DNA of 42,074 bases, taken from contig JALDZX010000065.1 of NCBI GenBank assembly GCA_022813865.1, forward strand, positions 62,001 through 104,074. The letters run 5' to 3'. Below the pieces are notes generated by a model. That model was not told the DNA's origin and made no database searches. It saw nothing but the letters and a program-made list of their open reading frames with translations. This document shows positions 24,341 through 36,309 of the stretch, piece by piece; positions within the stretch are counted from its first letter, which is position 1, and each line of letters opens with the position of its first letter. The translations under genes were made by a program, and so were the position numbers. This DNA is from Xylographa opegraphella (taxonomy: Eukaryota).

Positions 24341-25369
24341 ATGCCTCTGTGTGGCGGCAATAAGACGGTGCAGCGCAAGCTAGTTCTATTGTACGGAAGT
24401 GAAGTCTCCGCGGGATTTGACGTCGACTGATGGTGTGATTCTATAGAGGTGACGGTGCTTGCGGGAAAACATCGTTATTGAACGTGTTCACCAGGGGGTA
24501 CGCTGCGAAAGGAAGTTTGCGCGCATGTGATTATTGACTGACGCGCTTGGCTTTCAACAGATACTTTCCTACAGTATAGTACGCTCTATGTACCCATATC
24601 ATTCTGTATAGTCTGATTGCTAAATGATGGTTGCCAATGCAGCGAGCCCACCGTCTTTGGTAAGAACAGTCGAGCATTACAGTCATGGGCGCATCACTGA
24701 TAAAGCACAGAGAATTATGTACATGGTATGCTCCTCCGACGCGCCTCTGAATGCCCTGTTTGCTTATATGTGTGGTAGATATATTCGTGGACAACGTGCA
24801 CATAGAGCTCTCATTGTGGGATACGGCTGGACAAGAAGAGTTCGACCGCTTGCGTTCTTTGTCATACGACGATACTCATACCATCATGCTTTGCTTCAGC
24901 GTAGGTCTGTGCCAACCTGCTGCTGGTTGTATGTCTAAAAGCTTTGTTAGGTTGATTCGAAGGACTCCCTCGAAAATGTTGAGTCGAAATGGGTTGGCGA
25001 GATCGCAGAAAATTGCCAAGGCGTAAAGCTAGTGCTTGTAGCGCTTAAGTGCGATCTTCGAGAGAAGCACTCCGAAGAAGAAGAAGACAATGGGGACCAC
25101 GCGCAAGCGCAGAGGAAAGAGGAAAAAGAGTTCATTGATTACAAGCGAGGACTTGAAGTGGCACAGAGGATACAAGCGCTTCGGTACTTAGGTGAGTCGG
25201 GAAGCCGTCACAGCAGTGTCTGTCAATAAGTATGCTAATTGCGGCTTCAGAATGCTCCGCTAAGAAGAATCGTGGTGTGAACGAAGCATTTACCGAAGCT
25301 GCTCGAGTGGCATTATCGGTCAAGGGGCTTGGAGGTCCCCAAAGTGACAGCAAGTGTAGCGTTATGTGA
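24341..25369 (+). CDS. RHO3: Rho3 small GTPase, 210 aa; exons 24341-24390, 24447-24497, 24561-24578, 24643-24659, 24711-24725, 24779-24900, 24951-25191, 25251-25369
   Basis: Spliced translation [51 protein letters not shown]...[12 protein letters not shown]...LKCDLR...ECSAK...CSVM (CAAX). Exon lengths sum to 633 nt. Confidence 0.95.
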
Positions 25370-25661
25370 GGCTTGCCTCGCAAATCACTTTTGTTTTATC
25401 TTTGGCATTCGGCGGGTCCTTGTTGCGTTATCAGTTGTCCTCTTTGGCATTCATCGCAGTGACGGCTATTGGATATCTGTTCCACTGTTTGGATGGCGCG
25501 CAACCACAATCTAATGGACATAATGGGTTGGACATATGCGAACAATATTATTGTTGTGATACAACCATCGACGGTTGAGATAGGTTGTATCCGAGTTCCC
25601 ACTGTCCGGTTGACTCCAGTAGATTACCTGCTCATTTCATGCCAGCCCCAGCGCGGCCTGA

Positions 25662-26224
25662 TTATCTCCGAGTATTTTCCCAACCTTCTTGAAACTTTGG
25701 TAAAATAACAGGTTGTCTTCGTGCTCGAAAGTAAGCTTCGCTTGTCAGCGGCATTCTCCCTTCCGTTCGTATTACACTTCCGATGGACATGAAAAATCTG
25801 GACTAAGAATTAGATTATGGTCCGACAGCATGCTCGAATCTTGGGAACAATTACCCAAATGTAGCCCCTGACCCCAGCATGTACTGTCCGAGAGTTCTCA
25901 GAGGACCATTTGGCCCAGCACCGAATCTCATGATGTTAAATCCTCCTACTGTCATATGAGCTTCAGCCCTGACCAGAAGTCACTTGTAAGGCGCACCGAA
26001 TAAAAATCCCATGATGAGGCCAACGGCTGGAAGACTGTCAGAATTTTTCATAGCAGAATCATAGTGAGATAGCTTACATCCCCCCAGCATTGCTCCCATC
26101 TTCCCTAGCACTTATTCAGCTTCCTTATTGCCCAAGTACACAAAAGAAGACACAACGTACACTTGTCGAAAGTACTAGGCCCACGCATTCCACCCCCACC
26201 AGAACTGCTTGGCATTGGTGGCAT
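25662..26224 (-). CDS. MGR2: Mgr2/Romo1 TIM23 gatekeeper subunit; 5 exons
   Basis: Spliced translation [83 protein letters not shown]...* carries the Romo1/Mgr2 signature. Confidence 0.9.
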
Positions 26225-26354
26225 CTTGAGAGTCTGGCAAAATGGCTGCAGGATCGCGTACGCCTGAAGGACTTGTGTCGCCGGCTGTGATGGAGTGGGC
26301 AAACATTGCAAACGAGCTGTAGAGAAGCGCTAATATCAGGCCAGATGATGTCGA

Positions 26355-26373
26355 TGCGCGTCACGTGCGCGTA
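26355..26373. promoter_or_regulatory. Near-palindromic E-box (TCACGTG) flanked by CGCG motifs in the divergent MGR2/VPS64 promoter
   Basis: Sequence tgcgcgTCACGTGcgcgta, about 140 bp upstream of the MGR2 ATG. Function is inferred. Confidence 0.35.
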
Positions 26374-27031
26374 AGCGTTTACCCTTGTTTCAAGATTTCG
26401 GCTTGACGGCCGCGGGAAGCGATAGACATACTCATCAAATAATTATCAATCATCCCAGATATTTGTGCACACTGTCAAGACTCGCGAATCCCTCACGGTG
26501 ACTGCAATTTGCAGGCTTTCGAAGAAAGAAGTCTGGCTCACGCTCTCTGGCTCTGTCTCGCTTGTTTCGCCTCGGAAGCCGCTCTCCAAAAAATCCCGAC
26601 ACCTCCTAGGGGAACCCCACGCTCCATAGAGGACCTGCACACGACCAGAACGACTGAGATTCCCATTGGGGAGTCTTACAAGACCCACCTTGATATCATT
26701 CCGCACAACAACGAGCTTTGCAATACATGCCAAAAAATAGCGCGAACGCACCGTCATTGAATCCGACCTACCTTGTCCGTACCTGCCAGTGCTCACTCCT
26801 ACCATCTCTTTGGCCACCATAAATAGTGACAGCCAACTGGATCATTCGTATTATCTGCGAAGACATCATAACAGCGGCCTATGATTCTCTCAATAGTACG
26901 ACAACTGCAACTTCGTTTTACTTTCGCAAGCCTGTCGGAGGTGCAGCGAGGGTGTCCTGTGCAGCTCTAGCTATCCACGCAACCGGGGCAGCCCAATACC
27001 ACTCAACACGGCACGATACTTTACATCACCG

Positions 27032-29478
27032 ATGACTGCTGTAGCCTCGCCATCAAGTTTTCAGTCACTTCCGCGACTGGGATGGAATTCGGATAACAGT
27101 GCTCAAGGGGGCCTTAATTCAATGAGTGCTGACGACGTTACTCGAATGTTCATGCCCAGGAAAGGTCTAGAGAAGACAAACTCGTCGTCCTCGTTATCCT
27201 CGACATCCTCGGCATCATCCTTGAGCTCTGATTCCACAGCAACCACGAACAATTCCCAGGGACACCCTACAATACAGAAATTGGACTTAAAGGCCCAAGT
27301 TGAGCGAGAAGGCTGGGGATACCGAAAAAAGCCTACAAGAGGTCTCTGGCCGTCATCTAAAGCAGAAGCCGTGTCTGGAATATCGAATGCTCGACCTCAG
27401 TCACTTCCTACATCACTCTCGGGCACGTCTGCAGCTTCAGCTATGTCAGCAATCCATCAACCAGCGCCAATATTAGCATCGCAGAACATGGCTCAGTCAT
27501 CACAACAGGTGAATGGCAACAGACCTGTGGGCGGACAAGGAGGGTCAGAATCAGCGGCTGTATTAGTTCTGGCGCCGGTGAATGGTACTTTCGAGCGCAA
27601 GCAGATTACAGTGCCGCTGTTCCCAGAGATACTACGTATTGGCCGACAAACCAACGCGAGGACTGTACCAACGCCTGTGAACGGTTATTTTGATTCAAAG
27701 GTCCTGTCGCGGCAACATGCCGAGGTTTGGGCGGACAGGAATGGAAAGATATGGATACGTGATGTCAAGTCTTCGAATGGAACTTTCGTGAACGGGGTGA
27801 GACTGTCACCCGAAAATCGCGATTCAGAACCACACGAACTACGAGAGCATAATACGCTTGAGCTGGGTATCGACATTGTCAGCGAAGATCAAAAGAGCAT
27901 TGTTCATCACAAAGTATCTGCAAAGGTGGAACACGCAGGAATACCTAGCAATAACTCTAGTGTGCTGGATCTCAATTTCGGCGACATTGATCCTGGTTCT
28001 GGGAACGGACTGATGGGTCCTACGTATCCTCAACATATGGTACAGATGCGCGGACGAAATGGTAGCCAGGGTTCGGTGATTAGTAATGGACGTGTGTCTG
28101 GTCCGCCAATGATGAACGGCAACATCAATGGCATTGGAGCCCAGCGTCAAATGAATGCTTGGCTCAGTCCTGTCACAATAGAGCAAGTTGTTAAACGACT
28201 TACCGTAAGTCCTCTACATTTCGTTCAAAGCTAATCTTTTATTGACTGCTTTCATAGACGGAACTCAAGCAAGCCAAACAGCAGTCGCAAGATCTCAATC
28301 GTACTGGCGACTTTTTCCATGCACTCTTAGCCCATGAACCCGGACAAGAACTTCCTAAATCACCTCCTGGTATCTTCCCACCGGAGCCCACAAACAATAT
28401 TGTTTCTATTCAAAGTAAAGGTGACCCTATGTCGCCGTTCTCACAGCCGCCAGCACCGCCACCACAGCAACCCCTTCCGGAGAAACCAGACGTTGCTCGT
28501 TCCAACATTACAGATTCGCATGTCCAATCACCTTTGAAACGTATGGAACCTGAACGACCGCATACTTCTGTGACTTCTTCGCCCGTCAGATCGGAACCCA
28601 CATCAAGCCAAATTTTGTCTTTAGTAGAAGCTCTGACCTCTGCCAAACGACAGATCGACCATCAAGGAAACAGTATAAAACATCTTGAGGATCTTCTCAG
28701 ACAAGAACGAAAAGCGCGGGAAACTGCGGAAGAGTGTGCCAGGAGATTGCTCGGCCACTCCAGGGAAACTACCACTGCAGGTGAAGGAAATGTAGAAGAG
28801 GACGCCTTTGACCCGCCTTCGGAAGACACGATGTCTGCTATCGAAGAGCAACCCAATGGGTATGAAGCAGACGATGAAGACAGAAAGTTTGGAAAGAGAA
28901 GTCCAAAGTCGAAGTCGTCGCCTGCTTCACCAGCAGAGCCAGCTTTTGGAGAACTTGCACGAGATACTCAAGAAGTTGACGCAACTACTACTAGACTACA
29001 GGAAAGATTAGACTTGATGGTTAGGGAGATGGAAGAGATGAGGCAAAATATGGAGGATTACAAACGAAGAGCTGAAAGTGCCGAAGAAGAAAGAAGTAGT
29101 CTTACGGAAATGATAAAGAAAATTCGCAAGGACGAGATTGGGGTGAAGGTCCTTGACTCCGTCTCTGATAAGAAGAAAAGCTCCGAGACCTCCGCCCGAA
29201 CAGAGGTTGGCAGTCATGTCAACGGCCACGTCGAGCAGTTCAAACCTCGAAATGGTGCTTTGGTCTCAAAGTCAATCCCTAATCTGAACAACACGCCTAC
29301 TCCGTCCATGAAGGACGTCCAAGACTTACAGAATGCTCTAACGGCCGCACTGGAAAATTCTTCCGATCGTAATAGCCGCCTTATGCAGTCAGCGCCTTAT
29401 GCATCTATGCTCGGGGTTGTTCTGATAGGGGTGGGCATTATGACTTATTTGAATGGATGGCAAAAGCTCGAACGGTGA
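27032..29478 (+). CDS. VPS64: FHA-domain, coiled-coil, tail-anchored protein (Vps64/Far9/Far10; SLMAP homolog, STRIPAK/FAR complex); intron 28205-28257
   Basis: FHA motifs LRIGRQ, FDSKVLSRQHA and DVKSSNGTFVNG; coiled coils; C-terminal transmembrane segment APYASMLGVVLIGVGIMTYLNGW. Confidence 0.9.
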
Positions 29479-30213
29479 TTTCCTTTGTTGCAGTGGTGAT
29501 GTCGGATGACATCTATTCCATCGTTTATCTTGCACTCTCTTAGCGTCACATCAGGCGCTCGGTGGGATGGTCGGGTCAGACCTCGTCGTCGAAAGCATGG
29601 CTGGCTGGAAATTGTACTACGGCCTGGGTTTTGGGTAACTGGATTACACCATAGCGAGCAAGCAATCGGTGTGGATGTTTCTCTATTGACAGAGTGTACA
29701 TACACTGGTTGGACCTTAGGGTCGGATACTATTTGGAGTCTAGATCAGGTACAAGACCCTTATCTACTATATTTCTTCCCTGGTCATACCATATCCTTGC
29801 GCTCTCTCGACAGCCAATTGTTCAATTATGACGTTCTCATAGTGTACCACATGCGCAGTCCTTCAAGGTGTCGTGCGCAAGATGATTCCGGCCTGATGCA
29901 AGCATCAGGTTCAGACCTAGAATGTGTTTCTACTAGTACTGCAATAATACACGAGAGGCGAAGCGCTCGAACTGCATGTATTGCCGAACCCACACGCACG
30001 TAGCCACGGGCAAGACTCAAGTCTTGAAGTACACCAATCGAAGCAAAATTCGCGCGTAAGCAGTAAAGCATGCACCAACATATGAACCCCACAAAGAACC
30101 CCTGACCGACCTATCGGCACAATCTAAACTACGAGCAGACTTGCAACAAGAAATTGCATTAGACCTACGACTCCTTAGGCAGTGATACAACCCACGCACA
30201 AACCCCCCCCCTC

Positions 30214-31456
30214 TTACCCATCCTCCTCCTCCACTCCCATCACAATCGCCAGACTCCTTCGCGCAACGCCCACGCCGTGCTCCAGCGCGCTCAGCTTCGC
30301 CATCACGGACATCAAGCTCGGGTCTTGGCTCTCGACGCGCACCTTCTCCCGCACGCGCACTTCTTGGCCCCGGAACGTGAACACCTGCCCGCTCTCGTCG
30401 TGCTCGGGCAGTCTGGCGGCGAGGCCGAGGCGTTGGCGCAGCGAGAGCCCGGGCAGGGTGTCGCTCGTGAAAGAAGTGGGTGTGTTGGGGTTGGTGAGCT
30501 GGAGGGTGCGGAGCTGGAGAAGGAGAGAGGCTTCGGAGATGGAGAGGTGGAAGGAGAGGGTGGGGGGAAGGGGCGGGTCGAAGATCTACGTGCCGATCAG
30601 CTGCGGGTTCTGGGGTGGGGAGCAGATCGGAAGGGGCAGGGGTTTAGGGACGAACATTCTCGTCGACGGAGCCCTCCCACCACTTCCCTACTATCTCGTC
30701 TCCGCCTTTCAGGGCCTCGCGTGCTTCTTGGATCAAGTCGAAGAGCAAACGGAGTTGCCCAGCGATGAAGTTTGCGTCATGGGCGTCGCCAGTCCAGGTG
30801 CTGATGTCAACCACGTCGAGGGATTGGTTGATGAGGTTGCGGACGGAGGTGAGCTGGGTGAGAACGAGCGAGGGGGCGGTGGGAAGAGTGGACAGGTGGA
30901 GCGGGTACGAGGAGGCGGAACGAAGGGGAGGAAGTGTGGGGAGGCGGATATGGATGTCCTAGAACGGGGGGTTTTTAGTGAGTGTGTAGTAGTCGCAGTC
31001 CGGGATATTGTGAAAGCACGTGCAGACTTCCAATGGAACGAGGGAAAATGAGACTGAAGTCCACCAAAATAAAGACATTTGTTTGATAACATAGATATTC
31101 GAGCACAAGCATCGTACTAATGCATATAGAGCTAAACTGTGATAAGCATACCCCTTTCACAATCCGTGTCCCAACTCTAGTAACAAAGCCTTTGACACTT
31201 TCGGACCTCATGGATGAGATCACAAGTGTGGAACCTGGTTCTTTTGGCGCTAGTAGGGCAATGCATTCTTCAAGGCCGCTCTTCAAAGATGCCAGAGTTT
31301 CTTGCAGTGAGTTGAGAAGCCATTCAAGCTCACGTGCCTGTAAAACAACATATCAGGATCGTGGTTTCTGATGAGCACAGTCTTGCTTACTTGAGTAGCT
31401 TTCTCTTCCTTGATCAGCTCATCGGGCGGCAAGTATGGCCACACTGCTGTGGACAT
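30214..31456 (-). CDS. RAV2: RAVE complex subunit 2 / Rogdi-like protein; 4 exons
   Basis: Spliced translation MSTAVWPYLPPDELIKEEKATQARELEWLLNSLQETLASLKSGLEEC...STLVISSMRSESVKGFVTRVGTRIVKGDIHIRL...INQSLDVVDISTWTGD...VREKVRVESQDPSLMSVMAKLSALEH...stop at 30214. Poorly represented in the ORF track. Confidence 0.88.
31006..31137 (-). ncRNA. Candidate intronic box H/ACA snoRNA in RAV2 intron 2
   Basis: 193-nt intron with hairpin (AGUACGA/UUGUGCU), ANANNA box (AAACAA 31084-31079), second hairpin (GUGGACUUC/GAAGUCUGC) and ACA at 31011-31009. Spans ~130 nt. Lower stems are weak and no target is established. Confidence 0.3.
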
Positions 31457-31747
31457 GGTAGTAAACGCGAACCGATGGTCATGTGGATTTCCGATAATCA
31501 CATGAGCGGCATAGGAGGCTTGATGTATGGACTAGTACGGTTAGCGTGAAAATACTCGCTTAGGCCAAAGCTCCCCATGGAGATCGCCAGAGGCATATTG
31601 GAAAACAGCCCCTTCCCGCCGCAGATATCCGAAAAAGGGCTCAGTGTCAGAAGGGAATCCCAATCTGCCACTGGCTTACTGACAATTTGAGGAATTTTTT
31701 TTTGAATGCGTTGCCAACGTCGAAGGTCAAAGGAAACCGCCATGATA

Positions 31748-31755
31748 TGACGTCA
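31748..31755. promoter_or_regulatory. Perfect CRE (TGACGTCA), ATF/CREB bZIP site in the divergent RAV2/SUR7 promoter
   Basis: Exact palindrome TGACGTCA, with a TACGTCA variant at ~31856. Confidence 0.4.
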
Positions 31756-32067
31756 AGTCCACCACACGAACCGCAAGCCACTTTTCCTAAAATGGTCAAG
31801 CTTTGTTGACTTAGCTCCAGAATATCCGGACCTCGATGGCTTGATGGGCTTTGCCTACGTCAGACCCCAACGCATACTTCACCTCTTCCCTTCCCATAGC
31901 GCGACTTCTTCTCTTTCTGTTGCAGACGTCTATCCTATCAATCCCTAAGTAAGCTGTCTCTGTATTGTCGCGAATGCGGAATTGGTTCCTGACACTGACA
32001 AGATTTATAGTATCTGTTTGTCGCCAAGGGTAGCTTCATCCTAGAGCTCCGAAGTCCCACCTTCAAA

Positions 32068-32968
32068 ATGCCAGCAAGTGCGTTTCAGTCGCTCGACCCA
32101 TGATTCCCCTGATTAATGACAAATTAGGACCAATTTTCGCATTTCTATCGCTCATTTTGATCGCCGGTGCCTGCGTTCTCATCTTTCTCGTCCTCCTTGC
32201 TGGCGCTGTCAACTCCAATCCGGTCAATACAATCTATTTCCTTCAAGCAGACACATCTGGGATATCCGGCGCGCCTGCTCAGTCGAGATGGACTCTTTGG
32301 AACATCTGCAGCGTGGGTTCCAGCGGAGCAGATGTCTGCCCTAAAGCTAGCCCGGCATATCCATTTGATCCACAGAGTAACTTTGGAACAACAAAGGGTG
32401 TGCCAGCTTCTTTTCAAGGGCAAGTAGTCGGACAACTTTAGGAATCTACGCATGCTGACAATCTCAACAGTACCAACATGTTCTACTACCTGACACGGTT
32501 CATGTTCGCGTTCGTGCTCATCTCCCTCTTCTTCGCTGTTTGCTCGCTATTCCTTGGACTCTTCGCCCTCTGCAGCCGAATTGGAAGCTTCCTCTCCAGC
32601 ACAACGTGCGCGGTAGCACTTTTCTTCCAGACAATCGTAGCAGCGCTCATGACGTGAGTACCTCTGAGCCTCCAGATGACTTTCCAACTGATCTATCCAG
32701 GGCTGCCTACGTTATCGGAAGGAACAATTTTAACGCGAACGGTCAAACAGCAACCATTGGCGAGTACGCTTTTGCCTTTATCTGGGCAGCCATGGTTTGT
32801 CTCTTCCTTGCCACGGTCTTCTTTTGCGTAGCAGGAGTTACCTCAAGGAAAGATAAAACCTCTACTGGCAAGACAGGTGGACGTTTCAGTAGACGAAAAA
32901 CGACGAAGGAGCGCGGCAGCTTCCTCGATACTGAAAGTCAGCGGCCAGTGAACAAGGAATATACTTAA
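32068..32968 (+). CDS. SUR7: Sur7/PalI family tetraspan membrane protein; exons 32068-32077, 32128-32419, 32471-32653, 32701-32968
   Basis: MPARPIFAFLSLILIAG...YFLQADTSGI...SRWTLWNIC...C (claudin-like motif), PAYPFDP, FYYLTRFMFAF; four transmembrane segments. 5'-UTR intron 31949-32010 and GC-AG intron 32420-32470. Confidence 0.88.
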
Positions 32969-33672
32969 AAGACTGTGGAAATGATACCCTGGGGGAAGAA
33001 TGCTGAGTCAGTATCAGGTGCAAAATACTGTATGATAACCGAAGGGTATGGCTCTGTATTGCAACACGGACTTTCAAAGCTAAGAAGACCATTGAACGTG
33101 AACGATGTCGTGAATACTTGAGTATTGTCATGAGTTCTACAAGGAGTACGAGGAATTGGAAAGCATTGTTGTTTGTATATGCCAAGATCATGTCACCCTA
33201 ATGTCTGAATTACCTAAGAAAATTATAATTATGTCTTCTCCCCAGTACTTCACTTAAATCCTATGGACTGTGCTATTGCGGGCAGAATGTCAACTTCCGG
33301 AATGTCGATTCTTTCTGTGATATTTGATATATCTTATGGTGACTCAATGTATACATATCCGCTATCTTTTTGGCTCGGGCTGATGAGGTAGTTGGTAACA
33401 CAAAAGTACCAAGTTTTTAGCTGCACGGTTACTGGCATTTTTCGACCTCTAGCAAGTCCAGCCTCATATCCTCTCTACCAACCAAAATGACCTATTCTCA
33501 AGCACAAACGCTCGTACAACACTAACTATGGCTGTGGATGAAGCAGGTGATGAGTCTACGAGAATGTCTACCCGGGTACAGCCATCATGCTTTGCTACTG
33601 CGATCCTGAATCCCCCTTCTGTTCCCTTGAAGTCACTATACATATGATCTTCCTATTGTACCGAATATCAAT

Positions 33673-36080
33673 ATGGTGCTCCTTATGATTTTGTACGTTG
33701 CCTCATTTATATGTTCTTGTCACGTATCTGAAGCTGCACCGATCAGCAATCCGTTGCCTACAGCAATTTCTGGATCGAGCGATGCGTGGGCAAGCCTGGT
33801 AGCCAATATCGCTCCGCTCCTGGTTCTCGTCGGAGAGAAACATGTCAAAGCCTATTTCAGATCGATGTCAATCAGTCACATTTTCTTCTATACGCTGTTC
33901 TCACCAGTTGGTTTGATTACTACGATCGTCACATTGATTCGGTTACATGGAACTCCGTTTATGAAAAAGGTTATCGGCAGACAATCCGAGACGAGGTCTG
34001 AGATCCTTGCCGACGTGACCAGCGTCAGCTACGATGGAGTAGGCCTCGAGTACAAAGCGCGCGGTACAACCCAGGTTCTGGAACAGACGACATCTCCTTC
34101 TCGAGAGGACGAAGCTCGGGTTGGCGTCTACCTTTCTATGTCAGGCACTGGTCAAATATATAACAAAGCTATCAATAGCCACATTGAACTCATAAGGGCT
34201 TACAATGAAGCGATCGGATGTGAGAACTCGAGCAAAATAGGCTGGTGCACCACTGATGTAGTAAGTGTTCGAGGAGAGCACGGGCGATCAAGAGCCCGCA
34301 GTTTGGCATTCTGCTTGATGCAAAATCACGGTGCAAGTTTCAGAGAAGCCGTCACACAATCAGATTCTATAGATTATTTTGCATCTTACGACGAAGATTC
34401 TGCAGTGGTTGATTTGGATGATGCCACTAGGAGCAGAAGATTGAACGAATGTGCGGTTCTCACGGCTACACACCTTCATGGGCCAGGATTATCTCCTACC
34501 ATCGTTTCTACAGCGGGCGCCGGCGGTCCATTTTCTGCGCGATTTTCCACGGCGGCTACAAGATATATTGCAAGCTTTGTTTGCATTTGCGCCAATATTA
34601 CCATCATTGCTATGGATGCAACCACACAGGAAGAGACGATGACACTCGCCCTAATAAGCGTTGGATTTGCAACGGTGTTCCTGACATCATGGGCTTCCAC
34701 CGCATATATCGCACGTGCTGCTGAGATATGCCGCGTTTGTTTGGATGGGTTTGATCTACTTTCTGCAGGCGTGTTCTCTACGAAGGACCCGATCGGGACA
34801 GGTCTGGTGGCACCCTTGCATAGCATACCTATTTCAGTACCTGCTAAGAAACCTCGCAGTAACTTATTCGTTATTCTTCTTGTTGCGTGGTCTGCGTTGG
34901 CTTATTGTTCGCTTTATCTCGGATTGCGCGCGACGGTATGGTGGGTTCCCTTCGCTATGGTTGGCAACTCAGCTTTTGCTGCCTGTTTACGCACACTTTC
35001 GACGAACGAGATTCAGCTCGAGTCGTGCTCGGAACATGCAGAAATGGGGTTCACGAAATACAGAGGGCAAAGCGAATTATGCTCGCTCCTAATTGCTCAG
35101 AAGGAGAAATACTCGAAAAAAGCAAACCTCGCATCATTGGATGGTGAAAATGACTCAGGTAGTGGCGACTATGCGCAGTTCTTCTTCGGGAAGGATCTAT
35201 GTGCCCATAGATCAAGTGTATACTGTCTTAGCTATAAGCGGACCAAACATCTCACCTGTATCAAACGGTCTTCGAATACAAGGCAACAGTACGATCCAGC
35301 GCGTTCTTCTGTGCAATGCGTACGCGATAGTGGAGGCTTTGACCAATAAGAACTATCGCCCGCAGGACTCTGGTGATGACTTCTCAGGTGGAAAGGCCTC
35401 TTTGAGGTCAGAGTTGATAGCTCACGATGGGATATGGCAGCAGGATCTCGATATATTAGTGCAACTAACCGAGGACTTCTATATTCCATCGGACATAACA
35501 AGTCGACTCATAGCATTATTACAGATCTGGGTTACTGAGGCATTACTTAAGGAGCATGTTTTCTGCAAGTGCAGGACTTTTCGTGTACCACGCAACGAAG
35601 ATCGTTCTTCAAAGGCAGCAAGTGATCTTCATATTTTCGGCCCGTTCTACACATTCTTCCATGAAGAGCAGTCTGCGACGGCTTCAGGGATACGCTTTCT
35701 GCAGCACGCAGCGGGAGAGACTGCAAATGCCTAGAAAACAGGCCACAATGTACCCCAGAACTCCTGGACGACGATTTGGTCGCATAAGGTCATGCTATGG
35801 ATGGCCGTCAAACTGATTATTTTCCATTCGGCACTCCGCCAACCAGGAGGATTTTGCCAGAATGCTAGTGCAGGAGAGGAATGCCTTGCTGAAGGACACA
35901 CAGATGATGACGGCGCATAGCGGCAACATTGAGGTCGTTGAGACGATTCGAGGACAGCAAGGAATCGAAAGGGGATGTCGAGAAGAATTCATCCCGTGGT
36001 ATGTGGATTGCTTGATTGCCGTGGGCTTAGTTGTTCATGAGAATGACCCATCGGACTGCGGCGGCTTCGGAACTGTTTGA
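33673..36080 (+). pseudogene. Disrupted multi-pass membrane protein gene (two frameshifts and one in-frame stop)
   Basis: N-terminal ANIAPLLVLVGEKHVKAYF...SPVGLITTIVTLIR...IGR motif resembles a fungal membrane domain often fused to ankyrin repeats. Protein-like sequence moves from frame 1 to 2 (~35100), passes TAG at 35732-35734 (continuing ...WTTIWSHKVMLWMAVKLIIF) and moves to frame 3 (~35845). No splice sites were found that repair these breaks. Confidence 0.6.
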
Positions 36081-36309
36081 GATCTGACGGCAGCTATCTT
36101 GTGAGGTCTGGAGACTCTTCTGGTCGGTGGGAGCGGAGCTACCTGGTCAGAATCGGTTCGGTAGCCGTCAATCTCTTCATCGACAAGTGCTGGATCGAAT
36201 CTTTGGCCGAGAGTGGATCATGTGTACCAAGTGAACTTGGTAGGACTGTCGCCAAAACCCACGAGGACGATGGTCTTCGCCTGGTGAGCCCACCCGACCG
36301 CCGGCGCCT

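Noticed and set aside
30182..31051. Plus-strand ORFs of 289 and 163 aa
   Set aside because: Antisense shadows of RAV2.
33380..33415. CTGATGAG followed by a small hairpin (hammerhead-ribozyme-like core); similar strings near 4247 and 31368
   Set aside because: No GAAA after stem II and no stems I/III.
36055..36080. GGFGTV kinase-like Gly-loop at the end of the pseudogene
   Set aside because: Followed by a stop, with no further kinase motifs.
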